In this document: one piece after another, positions 9,000 to 18,461 of the stretch
Layout of the letters: each line of letters opens with the position of its first letter
Numbering within the stretch: the stretch's first letter is position 1
Source: Longimicrobiales bacterium
GTDB taxonomy: Bacteria; Gemmatimonadota; Gemmatimonadetes; Longimicrobiales; Gaopeijiaceae
Assembly: GCA_965248195.1 (NCBI GenBank)
Contig: CBDFIQ010000002.1
Location: 1,056,001 to 1,120,000, forward strand
Length of the DNA: 64,000 bases
Reading direction: 5' to 3'
Notes under the pieces: generated by a model
What the model was told of the DNA's origin: nothing
The model's database searches: none
What the model saw: the letters and a program-made list of their open reading frames with translations, nothing else
Translations under genes and position numbers: made by a program

Positions 9000-10802
9000 A
9001 TGATCCCCGACGATCAGGTCGAGGAAGTTCGCTCGCGCGCCGACATCGTTCGGGTGATCGGCGACATCGTACCCTTGAGGAAGTCCGGCAAGGACTACAA
9101 GGCCTGTTGCCCATTCCACGATGAAAAGACGCCGAGCTTTTATGTGGTCCCGGCCAAGGGATTCTACAAGTGCTTCGGGTGTGGGGAGTCCGGTGACGTT
9201 TTCGCGTTCCTCATGAAGCATCTCGGTCTCAGCTTCGTGGATGCCGTCAAGCACGTGGCGGCCAGCAGCGGAGTGGAGATCAGAGAGGTGAGCCGGGGCC
9301 AGAGCGGAGAAGATCCGTTTCGTCACCTCTACGAGGCCAACGGCTTCGCTCGCATGTTTTTTCAGAACTCGCTCTGGGACGAGACGCGCGGCCGCGCGGC
9401 CACTGCTTACTTAGAGGAGCGGGGTATCGGCCGAGAAACGGCCGAGCGTTTCGGGCTCGGCTACGCTCCCGACGAGTGGCGTGGGCTTCACGAGGCGGCG
9501 TCGCACCACGGAATCGGGGAAGAGGTCCTGATCGAAGTGGGCCTCGTTACCCGCAGTGAAAAGCAAAAGGATCCCTACGACCGATTCCGCGGCCGGCTCA
9601 TCTTTCCGATCGAGAGTCTTTCAGGGAAGGTGGTGGGTTTCGGGGGCCGGGTGTTGGGTGCCGGAAGGGAGGGATCGCCCAAATACGTCAACTCCCCCGA
9701 GTCTCCGATTTACCACAAGGGGGAAGTCCTTTATGGGTTGAGCTGGGCGAAGAACGCGATCCGCAGGCGGGAGACGGCTCTCGTGGTGGAGGGCTACATG
9801 GACGTCGTGTCCCTCGCGGCGGCCGGATTCGAGAATACGATTGCCCCGCTCGGAACGGCGGTCACTCCAGACCAGGTGGCGGTTCTCCGCGGCTATACGC
9901 GGAGGGCACACCTCCTGTTCGATAGTGACGCGGCCGGGCTCAAGGCGACGTTCCGAGCCGCGGATCTGTTCCTGGCGGGAGGCGTGCACCCGTGTGTCGT
10001 CACACTCCCGCCGGGAGAGGATCCGGACACTGTCGTTCACTCCGAGGGGGCCGAGGCGCTCCAAAGGCACATCGACGGGGCCATCGACGTTCTCGACCGG
10101 AAGCTCCAGATCCTGGAAAAGCGCGATCATTTCAGGAGCATCGAGCACACACGGGCCGCCATCGACCGGCTGCTACCGACATTGCGTGCGGTCCAGGATC
10201 CCGCGTTGCGTGACATCTACATTGCGAAGGTCTCGGAGCGCACCGGGGTGCGTCGAGACACGTTGGAGGCCGAGTTGGCGCGGTTCGCCGGCCCGCCCGT
10301 GCCGCAACGGGTGGTGAGGCGTCGGGATCACCGCCGCCCCTCCGTAGCCTCCGTGCCTGAAATGGGCCCTGAGCGTGAGTTGCTCCTTCTCATGACCAAG
10401 GACCGCGATTGGATCGAGCGTGTTGGCGAGCGCCTCGGGCCCCAGGACTTCGTGGACGCCAGGTATCGTGCCGTCTTCGAGTCCCTCTTGGCCGACCATG
10501 ATTTGACGCATCCGCCGGGGAAAATGGTTCCCGAGGCCGCGCAAGTGCTGGAGGAGCTGCTAGCCGATCCGACGGAACTCGGCCGAGCGCACCGGGTTTT
10601 CGAGGAATCGTTGAGCAAGATCCTCAGTACTTTGTTGCAGGAGAGGCTCGACGCAGTGGACCATCTCCTACAGAATACCTTGGACGAGCAGCAAGAGACC
10701 CAGCTCCTCGTCGAGAAAGCTCGGCTCAGCAAAGAGCGCCGGGACTTGGGGCAGGACTGGTCGCCGACCGTACGCAGAGCACTTAAGAACAATCACCTAT
10801 AG
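9000..10802 (+). CDS. dnaG: DNA primase
   Basis: CPFHDEKTPSF..YKCFGC zinc finger, YDRFRGRLIFPI, KYVNSPE, VEGYMD, FDSDAAG Toprim; ATG at 9000 (the longer ORF start lies in the MITE). Confidence 0.96.
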   Translation: MIPDDQVEEVRSRADIVRVIGDIVPLRKSGKDYKACCPFHDEKTPSFYVVPAKGFYKCFGCGESGDVFAFLMKHLGLSFVDAVKHVAASSGVEIREVSRGQSGEDPFRHLYEANGFARMFFQNSLWDETRGRAATAYLEERGIGRETAERFGLGYAPDEWRGLHEAASHHGIGEEVLIEVGLVTRSEKQKDPYDRFRGRLIFPIESLSGKVVGFGGRVLGAGREGSPKYVNSPESPIYHKGEVLYGLSWAKNAIRRRETALVVEGYMDVVSLAAAGFENTIAPLGTAVTPDQVAVLRGYTRRAHLLFDSDAAGLKATFRAADLFLAGGVHPCVVTLPPGEDPDTVVHSEGAEALQRHIDGAIDVLDRKLQILEKRDHFRSIEHTRAAIDRLLPTLRAVQDPALRDIYIAKVSERTGVRRDTLEAELARFAGPPVPQRVVRRRDHRRPSVASVPEMGPERELLLLMTKDRDWIERVGERLGPQDFVDARYRAVFESLLADHDLTHPPGKMVPEAAQVLEELLADPTELGRAHRVFEESLSKILSTLLQERLDAVDHLLQNTLDEQQETQLLVEKARLSKERRDLGQDWSPTVRRALKNNHL

Positions 10803-10837
10803 GGCCGTTTTAGAGCCATTCGAGCAAAGAGCGTTTC

Positions 10838-12124
10838 ATGACACCACAGACACGGACATCCCTGAAGGAGCTGCAGAACCTAGACCAGGAGATCGCGGCC
10901 GTTCGGTCGGTGACCCAGAGCTTCGATCCCCTCCTGGAGGAAGTCGATGCCCCGGTGCTCCGGCTGGAGCAGGAGGTACAGGCTCTCGAAAAGCGACTCA
11001 CCGAGATCAGGCTCGAGGAGAACCGAATCGAGCTGACGATCGAAGAGAGGAGGGTCCGTGCGGCCAAGCTCCAAGAACGCATGGAGGCGGTCCGAAACGT
11101 GCGAGAAGAGGCAGCCGTCCATGCCGAACTGGAGATGGTCAGGCGGGCCCTCGAGAGCGAGGAACAGGAGGCCCTGAGTCTCCTGGACCAGATCAAACGT
11201 TTAGAGGAGCGATACGAGGAGCAGGAAGGGGCGTACCGGGAGGCGCTAGCCGAAGTCGAGCCCCGCCGGGAGGAGCTGGTGCAGGAGCAACAGGCGACGG
11301 AAAGCAAGCTCGAGGCGCTTCAGGCCGACCGAGACGCGTTCGCGGAAGGGATCGATCCGAGCGATCGGCAGATCTACGACAGCATCATGGCCGGAGCCAG
11401 AGATGTGGCCCTCGCTGAACTCACTCAGGACGGCGCTTGCGGCAACTGCTACAACATGGTCCCGCTCCAGATTCAGAACCAGATACGTCATACCGATGCG
11501 ATGATCCGGTGTGAGGGTTGTGGCGTGATCCTCACGCCCGAATCCCCGGAGGGGCTCGCTCGGGCGCAGGAAGAGGGAGAAAGGATCGAGCGAGCTCTCA
11601 AGGCCTCGACGGAGCAACGAGACGAGGAGCGGGCTGCCGTGTCCGAGGCCCTAGCCCTTGAAGAGGTGGGGGAGGGAGTGGCTGAAGAGGTGGCGGCCGC
11701 TGCGCTCGCTACCGAGGAAGCCGCTGTCGAGGAGGCCGCTGTCGAGGAGGCCGCTGTCGAGGAGGCTGCCGTCGAGGAGGTCCACACTGGGGAGGTCCCT
11801 GCCGAGGCGTTGGCAGTCGAGGATGTCGCCTCCGACGATGTTCCTGCCGATGAGGTGGCGGTCGAGGATGTGGCCTCCGACGCTGTTCCTGCCGATGAAG
11901 TGGCGGTCGAGGATGTCGCCTCTGACGATCTTCCTGCCGACGAGGCGGCGGTCGAGGATGTGGACTCCGACGAGTTCGATGCCGAGGCGCCGTCAGGCGA
12001 GGAGACCGATCCCAGGGAGGGCGCCGACGCTAACGCCGTCGCCGATGCTGTGGCCGACGCGCTCGGTGATGAGGAGCTCGGTGCTGAGGAGGCTGAGCCG
12101 CCAGAACCGACCGCAGACGCTTAG
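10838..12124 (+). CDS. C4-type zinc-ribbon coiled-coil protein (CT398/HP0958-like) with long acidic repeat tail
   Basis: LKELQNLD start, long coiled coil, CGNC..CEGCGVIL, then E/D/A/V repeats. Confidence 0.85.
   Translation: MTPQTRTSLKELQNLDQEIAAVRSVTQSFDPLLEEVDAPVLRLEQEVQALEKRLTEIRLEENRIELTIEERRVRAAKLQERMEAVRNVREEAAVHAELEMVRRALESEEQEALSLLDQIKRLEERYEEQEGAYREALAEVEPRREELVQEQQATESKLEALQADRDAFAEGIDPSDRQIYDSIMAGARDVALAELTQDGACGNCYNMVPLQIQNQIRHTDAMIRCEGCGVILTPESPEGLARAQEEGERIERALKASTEQRDEERAAVSEALALEEVGEGVAEEVAAAALATEEAAVEEAAVEEAAVEEAAVEEVHTGEVPAEALAVEDVASDDVPADEVAVEDVASDAVPADEVAVEDVASDDLPADEAAVEDVDSDEFDAEAPSGEETDPREGADANAVADAVADALGDEELGAEEAEPPEPTADA
11714..11972 (+). repeat. Coding tandem repeats: 15-bp (EEAAV) x4 and 45-bp (VEDVASDDVPADEVA-like) x about 3.5
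   Basis: GAGGAGGCCGCTGTC-type units from 11714; GTCGAGGATGT(C/G)GCCTC units from 11816. Confidence 0.9.
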
Positions 12125-12143
12125 GCCTTCGTGAGCCGCTGAC

Positions 12144-13940
12144 GTGGAAGGAGGGGGTCTGACTCCTGCATCGGCGATCCCTGTGGTCGAGCCCCGATGG
12201 GAGGAACCCGTCGAGGCACCTCCCGATGCCGTGCGGTCACTCCAGAAGGCACTCTCCCTTCCCGAGGTACTCTGCGCCCTGTTGGTGAAGCGGGATCTGG
12301 CGGACCCGGATCGTGCCAAGGCCTTCCTCAGGCCCCTCCTGTCCGAACTCGACGGCCCCGATGCCCTCGCGGGCATGGCTCCGGCTACGCAAAGGGTCCT
12401 CGACGCGATTCAAGGGGGAGAAACCATTCTCGTTCACGGCGATTACGACGTGGATGGGATCGCAGGCGCCACCCTCTTGACCAGGTGGATCCGCAGGATC
12501 GGAGGGACCGCGATCCCCTTCGTGCCCCACCGGTTGCGGGACGGATATGACCTCGGGGCCGCCGGGATCAGCGCGGCGAGGGAAGCGGGAGCGGCCTTGA
12601 TCCTCACGGTCGACTCCGGGATTCGGGCCCATGACGCCGTGGTGGACGCGAACGCGTCCGGGCTCGACGTAATTATCACGGATCACCATACGCCAGCGGA
12701 GACGTTGCCTCCGGCGCTCGCGGTCCTCAATCCAAATCGTGTCGACTGCGATTATCCGAACAAGGGCCTCTGTGGCACGGGTGTGGCCTATCGGCTGTGC
12801 GAATCTCTGCTGAGAGAGAAAAAAATCGACCCGGAGGAGTTGTATGCGTCCCTCGATCTTGTGGCGCTGGCCACGATTGCCGACGTGGTGCCTCTGAATC
12901 AAGAAAACCGCACGTTGGTTCGGTACGGGCTAAGAGCGTTGGCTCAGACGAAGCTGCCCGGCTTGAGGGCGCTCATGGTGCGAGCCGGGCTCGGCGACGG
13001 ACCGATCGACGCAGGGCAGGTCGCATTCCGTGTCGCGCCGCGCATCAACGCTGCCGGGAGGATGGCGGAGGCGATGACCGCCGTCGAGTTACTGATGTCG
13101 GACGATGTGGCGCACACCTCGGCTTTGGCCGACCGTCTCGAGGACGCGAACGACCTGAGGCGTGAGGAAGAAGCGCGGACGTTGGAAGAGGCTCTCGAGC
13201 AGCTCGACGGCTCGTTCGACCCCGCCCAAGATTTCGGCGTCGTGCTCGAGGGCGAGGGTTGGCACCCGGGTGTGATCGGCATCGTCGCCTCGAGGATCGT
13301 CGAGCGGATCCATCGTCCTACCGTCTTGGTCGCCGTCTCCGACGGGCAGGGGAGGGGCAGTGCACGGTCGATTCCCGGGTTTGATCTCTTCAGCGCCGTC
13401 CATGCCTGCCGGAAGCACCTGGGTCGCTTTGGCGGACACCGTGCGGCGGCGGGCATGGATATCGCAGCCGCTCGCGTCGGAGGCTTTCGAGACGCGTTCA
13501 ACGCCGAGGTGCGAGAGCGCCTGCGAGGGGAGCAGCCCCACCCGGTCCTCAGACCACAACTCCAGATCCCTCTCGCGGCCATGACGGAGCGACTCGCGCA
13601 CATGCTCTCATACCTCGGGCCGTTCGGCATGGGTAATCCCACACCGGTGTTCTTGGCCCGCCAGGTGGATCTGACGCGCCCCGCCCGGGAGGTGGGTAAG
13701 GGCCACCTAAAGCTCCAGATCACCGAGTCCGATCACACCGTCGACGCCATCGGCTTCGGCCTTGTCGACCGCGTCGCTCCCGAGAGCCTTGGAACCGGTC
13801 CGGTGGACATCGTGTTCAAGCTGAAACTTGGCGTTTTCCGAGGGCGCCGGCAGGTTGAGGCTCACCTCCTCGACGTGCGGCGCTCGGAACCGAAGGGATC
13901 GCCCGAGAATCGTCCCCTTGCGACGGAGGCGCCGGGATGA
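12144..13940 (+). CDS. recJ: ssDNA exonuclease RecJ
   Basis: GDYDVDG, TDHH, ATIADVVPL, PRINAAGR, GSARS, FGGH motifs. Confidence 0.96.
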   Translation: MEGGGLTPASAIPVVEPRWEEPVEAPPDAVRSLQKALSLPEVLCALLVKRDLADPDRAKAFLRPLLSELDGPDALAGMAPATQRVLDAIQGGETILVHGDYDVDGIAGATLLTRWIRRIGGTAIPFVPHRLRDGYDLGAAGISAAREAGAALILTVDSGIRAHDAVVDANASGLDVIITDHHTPAETLPPALAVLNPNRVDCDYPNKGLCGTGVAYRLCESLLREKKIDPEELYASLDLVALATIADVVPLNQENRTLVRYGLRALAQTKLPGLRALMVRAGLGDGPIDAGQVAFRVAPRINAAGRMAEAMTAVELLMSDDVAHTSALADRLEDANDLRREEEARTLEEALEQLDGSFDPAQDFGVVLEGEGWHPGVIGIVASRIVERIHRPTVLVAVSDGQGRGSARSIPGFDLFSAVHACRKHLGRFGGHRAAAGMDIAAARVGGFRDAFNAEVRERLRGEQPHPVLRPQLQIPLAAMTERLAHMLSYLGPFGMGNPTPVFLARQVDLTRPAREVGKGHLKLQITESDHTVDAIGFGLVDRVAPESLGTGPVDIVFKLKLGVFRGRRQVEAHLLDVRRSEPKGSPENRPLATEAPG

Positions 13941-14464
13941 GGATCATCGCGGGTCGGTGGCGGGGACGTCGTCTCAAGGCGCTCCGGGGGCGGGACGTGC
14001 GGCCCACGTCCGATCGCGTCAGGGAATCGTGGATGGCTGCGCTGGGTCCACACCTGGAGGGGGCCACGGTGTTGGACCTCTTTGCGGGCTCCGGGGCGTT
14101 GGGCTTCGAGGCGTTGAGCCGGGGAGCCGAGCGGGTCGTGTTCGTGGAACGGGCTCGGGGCGCTTTGACGGCGATACGAGACAACGCGGACCTGCTCGGT
14201 GCTGCGTCCGAGGTGGAGATCTGGAGTGGAGATGCCATGGAGTACGTGAACCGCTTGAAGGCTGGATCCTTCGACATCGCCCTTGCCGATCCGCCGTACG
14301 GGAAGGGGCTCGCGGCGCGTTTGGTGGAGGCCTTCGGGGTGGCTCCGTTCGCATCCCAACTTTGGGTTGAGCATCGTAAAACCGATGCGACCCCCGACCT
14401 TCCGGGACTCCGTCAGCGGCGGTACGGAGACACGCTCATTTCCATCGTCGAGGCGAAATCATGA
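13937..14464 (+). CDS. rsmD: 16S rRNA m2G966 methyltransferase
   Basis: MRIIAG, RPTSDRVRE, LDLFAGSGALG, DPPY. Confidence 0.95.
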   Translation: MRIIAGRWRGRRLKALRGRDVRPTSDRVRESWMAALGPHLEGATVLDLFAGSGALGFEALSRGAERVVFVERARGALTAIRDNADLLGAASEVEIWSGDAMEYVNRLKAGSFDIALADPPYGKGLAARLVEAFGVAPFASQLWVEHRKTDATPDLPGLRQRRYGDTLISIVEAKS

Positions 14465-14961
14465 CACGAGTTCAGCCGGTGGTCGCCATCTATCCGGGCT
14501 CGTTCGATCCGATCACCAAGGGGCATGAGGACGTGGCCCGCCGGTCACTGCGCATCGCGGATCGGGTAGTCGTCGCGGTCGCTCAAACCGCCTCCGAGGC
14601 GAAGGGCAGTCTCTTCAGCGTCGAGGAGCGGCTGGAAATGGTCCAGGAGGTCTTTCAGGACGATGACCGGATCGAGGCGTGTCAGTTCGAAGGCCTCCTT
14701 GTTGATTTCGCCCAGGAGATCGGGGCCCAGTTCGTGATACGGGGCGTACGGGCCGTGTCTGATTTCGAATACGAATTTGAGATGGCCCAGATGAACCGGG
14801 AGTTGTGGAGCGGGGCCGAAACCGTATTCCTCACTCCCAATCAGAAGTATTCTTTTCTTTCCGCCTCCCTCGTCCGGCAGGTCTCCCGTCTCGGGGGCGA
14901 CGTGTCCCGCTTCGTTTCCGAACCGGTTTTGCGGCGCCTACAACGGCCTTCGGTGGAGTAA
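14461..14961 (+). CDS. coaD: Phosphopantetheine adenylyltransferase
   Basis: AIYPGSFDPITKGH, IRGVRAVSDFEYE. Confidence 0.96.
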   Translation: MTRVQPVVAIYPGSFDPITKGHEDVARRSLRIADRVVVAVAQTASEAKGSLFSVEERLEMVQEVFQDDDRIEACQFEGLLVDFAQEIGAQFVIRGVRAVSDFEYEFEMAQMNRELWSGAETVFLTPNQKYSFLSASLVRQVSRLGGDVSRFVSEPVLRRLQRPSVE

Positions 14962-15134
14962 GGCCTCCGAGCCCGAAAGCCGTGGAGCTCGGCCCCCGAA
15001 ATCCTGCCGGCAGGACGAGAAAATGTGAAGACGCCAAATCGTGAGTATTGCCCCGACGGGTCGGTTTCTCTTATCGTTTTTACCCGTTCGGCGCGCACGG
15101 CCACCGTGCGGGGCCAAACCTAAGCGGAGGACCC

Positions 15135-15467
15135 ATGGGATTTCAGGTGAGCAAGTCGGGCGACGTGATGGTCATCGATGTTGAAGGGCAGCTCATCGTT
15201 GGAAATCGCCAAGAGCTGAAACAGAAAGTTCTCGATGAGCTTGAGAAGGGCGAACGCAGGTTCGTCGTAAACTTTTCTGAGACCGGCTACATAGACTCCT
15301 CCGGTTTGGGTGTGCTTGTTTCCCTCTCCAAGAAAATTCGAGAGCAGGAGGGTGAGCTCCGACTGGCAAGCCTCAACGAGGACCTGAGAACCTTGTTCGA
15401 GCTCACGAAGCTGGACACGCTCTTCACGATCGCCGATTCGCGGGAAGAGGCGCTGGAGGGGCTCTAG
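15135..15467 (+). CDS. STAS-domain anti-sigma factor antagonist (RsbV/SpoIIAA-like)
   Basis: YIDSSGLGVLV phospho-Ser motif; GGAGG RBS before ATG 15135. Confidence 0.92.
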   Translation: MGFQVSKSGDVMVIDVEGQLIVGNRQELKQKVLDELEKGERRFVVNFSETGYIDSSGLGVLVSLSKKIREQEGELRLASLNEDLRTLFELTKLDTLFTIADSREEALEGL

Positions 15468-15498
15468 AAGGCTGTACGGGTCCAGCGGAGGATATTAG

Positions 15499-15921
15499 GT
15501 GGATCAGGAACTCATTCTCGAGTTGCCGAACGACATTCGTTCGATCGAAAACGCCGTCGAGTATGTCATGCAGCACTGTTCCACTTGCTGTGATTACGCC
15601 CGCCGTTTCAATCTCAACTTCCGGGTCGGGCTCACCGAGGCTCTCTCCAACGCCATGCTTTATGGCAACGCCAGCGACCCCAAGAAGCGTGTTCGTGTTG
15701 AAGTCACGGTAAGGGTGGAAGAGGTCGCCGTGCGAGTCACGGACCAGGGCGTGGGTTTCGATCCCACGACCGTCCCCGACCCAACCCTCCCAGACAACAT
15801 CTCCAAGACCGGCGGCCGTGGGATCTTCTTGATGAAGTCTCTGATGGATGAAGTGCGGTTCAATGAACAAGGAAATTCAGTGACCCTGGTCCTGCGTCTC
15901 GAGGGAGAGGCCGGGGAATGA
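15499..15921 (+). CDS. Anti-sigma factor / Ser kinase (RsbW-like HATPase)
   Basis: EALSNAMLYGN, DQGVGFD, GGRGIFLM. Confidence 0.9.
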   Translation: MDQELILELPNDIRSIENAVEYVMQHCSTCCDYARRFNLNFRVGLTEALSNAMLYGNASDPKKRVRVEVTVRVEEVAVRVTDQGVGFDPTTVPDPTLPDNISKTGGRGIFLMKSLMDEVRFNEQGNSVTLVLRLEGEAGE

Positions 15922-17495
15922 ACCAGGAAGGCGGGCCGCTCCCTGTCCTTCCGGTTCCGGTTCGCGAGACCCTCGACGAATTCAGCTCTCAGCTCCGGCT
16001 AGATCTCCACGTATGGAGCCTTGGGGAGGATGGCAGCCGGACGGCCCAGCTCTATCCGGGTCTGGAGAACGGCGGCCCCGCCGGAATCCGGGAGCCTTCG
16101 CCGGACGGCGTGCTCCGCCGTCTGTCCCCGAGGGATGGTCCTGCTTTGCAGCTCGAGATTTGCTCCTCCGACGGATTGGCGGTGGAAGGCGTCGCTTCTC
16201 TCCTTCAGTCGGAGCTGGAGCGGGCGCTCGACTTCGCGCAGGAGGTTCGATTTTTCACCTACGAGCTGTCGGTGCGGTATGAGGAGATCAACCTGCTGTA
16301 TTCGATTAGCGAGACGCTCGGTTCGATACTCATTCTGGAAGAAGCCACCGACGAAATCCTGAGGGACCTCTGTGAGGTGCTCGGTGCCGAGAGGGGGTCT
16401 CTCTGGGTCCATGACCGTCGCCAAGGTCGGCTTCGTCTCACCGCGTCCGTCGGGCGGGAGTCTAGCGCCTCCCTCGATTCCCAAACGCCGGACCCCGTCA
16501 CGTCAGGAGTCTTCGAGGAGGGGCGTTCGCGGATCGGTGGCCGCGAGGATTTTGAAAAGCCTGGGTCGGACGGTGCCACGACGGACATTTCGGTGCCGAT
16601 CAGCTACAGCCGGCGTTCGGGCGAAACGAGGATCGTAGGCGTTATCGACCTCTTTGGGCGCGTGCGTGGCGAACCCTTCACAACGAGCGACCAGAAGCTT
16701 CTTTCGGCGATCGCGACTCAGGTGGGTGCGGCGCTCGAGAACAACCGGCTCATTCAGGAAAGCCTCCAGCAGGAGAGGATGAGTCACGAGATGGAGTTGG
16801 CGCACAATCTCCAGATGAAGCTACTGACATCACCGGAGGCATTCGAGCGGGCGGATGTAGCAGCCCGTGTGGCTTCCGCGGAACAGGTCGGCGGAGACTT
16901 TTTCCATCTCTTCAAGCTACCGTCGGGAAAGATCGGCGTGATGATCGGGGATGTCTCGTCTCATGGGTTCCCAGCTGCGCTGATCATGGCGCTTTGTTTG
17001 AGTGCTGCGAGCATCTACGCCCAGGAGTCGCCCGATCCGGCGGAGGTGCTACGGAAGCTCGACGATGCGCTACGCGGCGAGCTCGAGACTACCGAGATGT
17101 TCGTGAGCCTCTGTTATGTGGTAATCGATCCGGCGGCGGGGGAGCTTAGGTACTCGAATGCCGGTCATCCACACGCGTGGGTGTTCCGATCCGATGGCGA
17201 TTCGGAGCGGCTCGTTGCCACCGACCCACCCGTGGGATTCGCCGGTCCCGAGTCGTACGCTGAGGCGCGGGTGCCCTGGGAGAATGGAGACCTCCTCGTC
17301 CTCTTCACCGATGGCCTGTCCGACTCGCTCGCAACGCCCGAGCCGGGGAGCGGCGAGGCCGCGGTCCTCGATGTGGTGAGGAGAGAGCGAGAGACGGATC
17401 CCACTCACATCGTCGAGGTCCTGTTCGACCTGGCTGAAGCTGCCACCCCCTACATTCCGGCAGACGACGTAACGGCGGTGGTTCTCCGAACCTGA
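15918..17495 (+). CDS. GAF + PP2C SpoIIE-family phosphatase (RsbU-like)
   Basis: VGGDFF, IGDVSSHG, NAGHP, FTDGL, DDVT; GAF region upstream. Confidence 0.92.
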   Translation: MNQEGGPLPVLPVPVRETLDEFSSQLRLDLHVWSLGEDGSRTAQLYPGLENGGPAGIREPSPDGVLRRLSPRDGPALQLEICSSDGLAVEGVASLLQSELERALDFAQEVRFFTYELSVRYEEINLLYSISETLGSILILEEATDEILRDLCEVLGAERGSLWVHDRRQGRLRLTASVGRESSASLDSQTPDPVTSGVFEEGRSRIGGREDFEKPGSDGATTDISVPISYSRRSGETRIVGVIDLFGRVRGEPFTTSDQKLLSAIATQVGAALENNRLIQESLQQERMSHEMELAHNLQMKLLTSPEAFERADVAARVASAEQVGGDFFHLFKLPSGKIGVMIGDVSSHGFPAALIMALCLSAASIYAQESPDPAEVLRKLDDALRGELETTEMFVSLCYVVIDPAAGELRYSNAGHPHAWVFRSDGDSERLVATDPPVGFAGPESYAEARVPWENGDLLVLFTDGLSDSLATPEPGSGEAAVLDVVRRERETDPTHIVEVLFDLAEAATPYIPADDVTAVVLRT

Positions 17496-17518
17496 TCGGA
17501 GGACGGCGGCGTTAGCTG

Positions 17519-18319
17519 ATGCGAGCGAAGAAATCTCTCGGGCAAAATTTTCTCGTGGACGTCGGGCTTCAGCAGGAGATCGTTGAGGCCCTCGGGTGTT
17601 CGACGTCGGACACCGTGTTGGAGATCGGGTCGGGCCGCGGGGCGCTCACTCGGCACCTGGTGGGCCGGGCGGGGCATCTGGTGTTGGTGGAGTTGGACGA
17701 CCGGCTTGCGGAGGCGCTCCGGGATGAGTGGGGGAGCCGCCCCGATGTGGACATAGTCCATCAGGATTTCCTGGAATTGGATTGGTCCTCGGTGGCCCCG
17801 GACCCGACGGACCTGCTCGTCGTGGGAAACATCCCGTACAACATCACGGCGCCGATCGTCTTCAAGGTGCTCGAACGCCCTCGCCCCCGCGACATCATTC
17901 TGATGGTTCAGCGCGAGGTAGCCGACCGGCTTACCGCTGAGCCTGGCACTGGCGAATACGGGGCTCTGACTGTCGGCGTTCGTTGTGTCGCATCGGTGGA
18001 GCGAGTTCTTCGTGTGCCGCGGACTGCGTTCCGGCCTGTACCCGGGGTGGACTCGGCCGTCGTGCGAATCACTCCGTTCGCACCTCCGCCTCTTTCCGCC
18101 GATGATGAACGCTCACTCAGAGCGCTCACGCGGGCAGCCTTCGCGTGGCGGCGAAAGCAGTTACAGAAGATTCTCCGCGACCACGAGGCGCTGGGAGTCT
18201 CTAGGGATCGCCTGGACGACCTCTCCCGAGAAACAGGATGGGACCTTACACGCAGACCCGAGACGCTGTCTCCGGAAGACTTCGTGCGCCTGTCCGAATT
18301 CCTCACGAGGACGGCTTAG
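17519..18319 (+). CDS. rsmA: 16S rRNA dimethyltransferase RsmA/KsgA
   Basis: KKSLGQNFL, EIGSGRGALT, GNIPYNIT. Confidence 0.96.
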   Translation: MRAKKSLGQNFLVDVGLQQEIVEALGCSTSDTVLEIGSGRGALTRHLVGRAGHLVLVELDDRLAEALRDEWGSRPDVDIVHQDFLELDWSSVAPDPTDLLVVGNIPYNITAPIVFKVLERPRPRDIILMVQREVADRLTAEPGTGEYGALTVGVRCVASVERVLRVPRTAFRPVPGVDSAVVRITPFAPPPLSADDERSLRALTRAAFAWRRKQLQKILRDHEALGVSRDRLDDLSRETGWDLTRRPETLSPEDFVRLSEFLTRTA

Positions 18320-18411
18320 TGTGCTGAGTCAGAAGTTCGCCGGACTAGCCTGGGTGCGCCGGCCACCCGTCGACTCCAACAATTGGCGCACACGCCTCAC
18401 TCCCCCTAATA

Positions 18412-18429
18412 TTGTGAAGATTTTCACAA
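18412..18429. promoter_or_regulatory. Rex operator TTGTGAA-GATT-TTCACAA
   Basis: Perfect match to the Rex consensus TTGTGAA-N4-TTCACAA, 32 bp upstream of rex; abuts a possible -10 TAATAT (18407-18412). Confidence 0.9.
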
Positions 18430-18461
18430 GGCTGCGTGTGGTTGGGAAAACGGGGTCATAG

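Noticed and set aside
11714..11972. CRISPR-like repeat array
   Set aside because: The repeats are contiguous, in-frame coding units without unique spacers; no cas genes are in the window.
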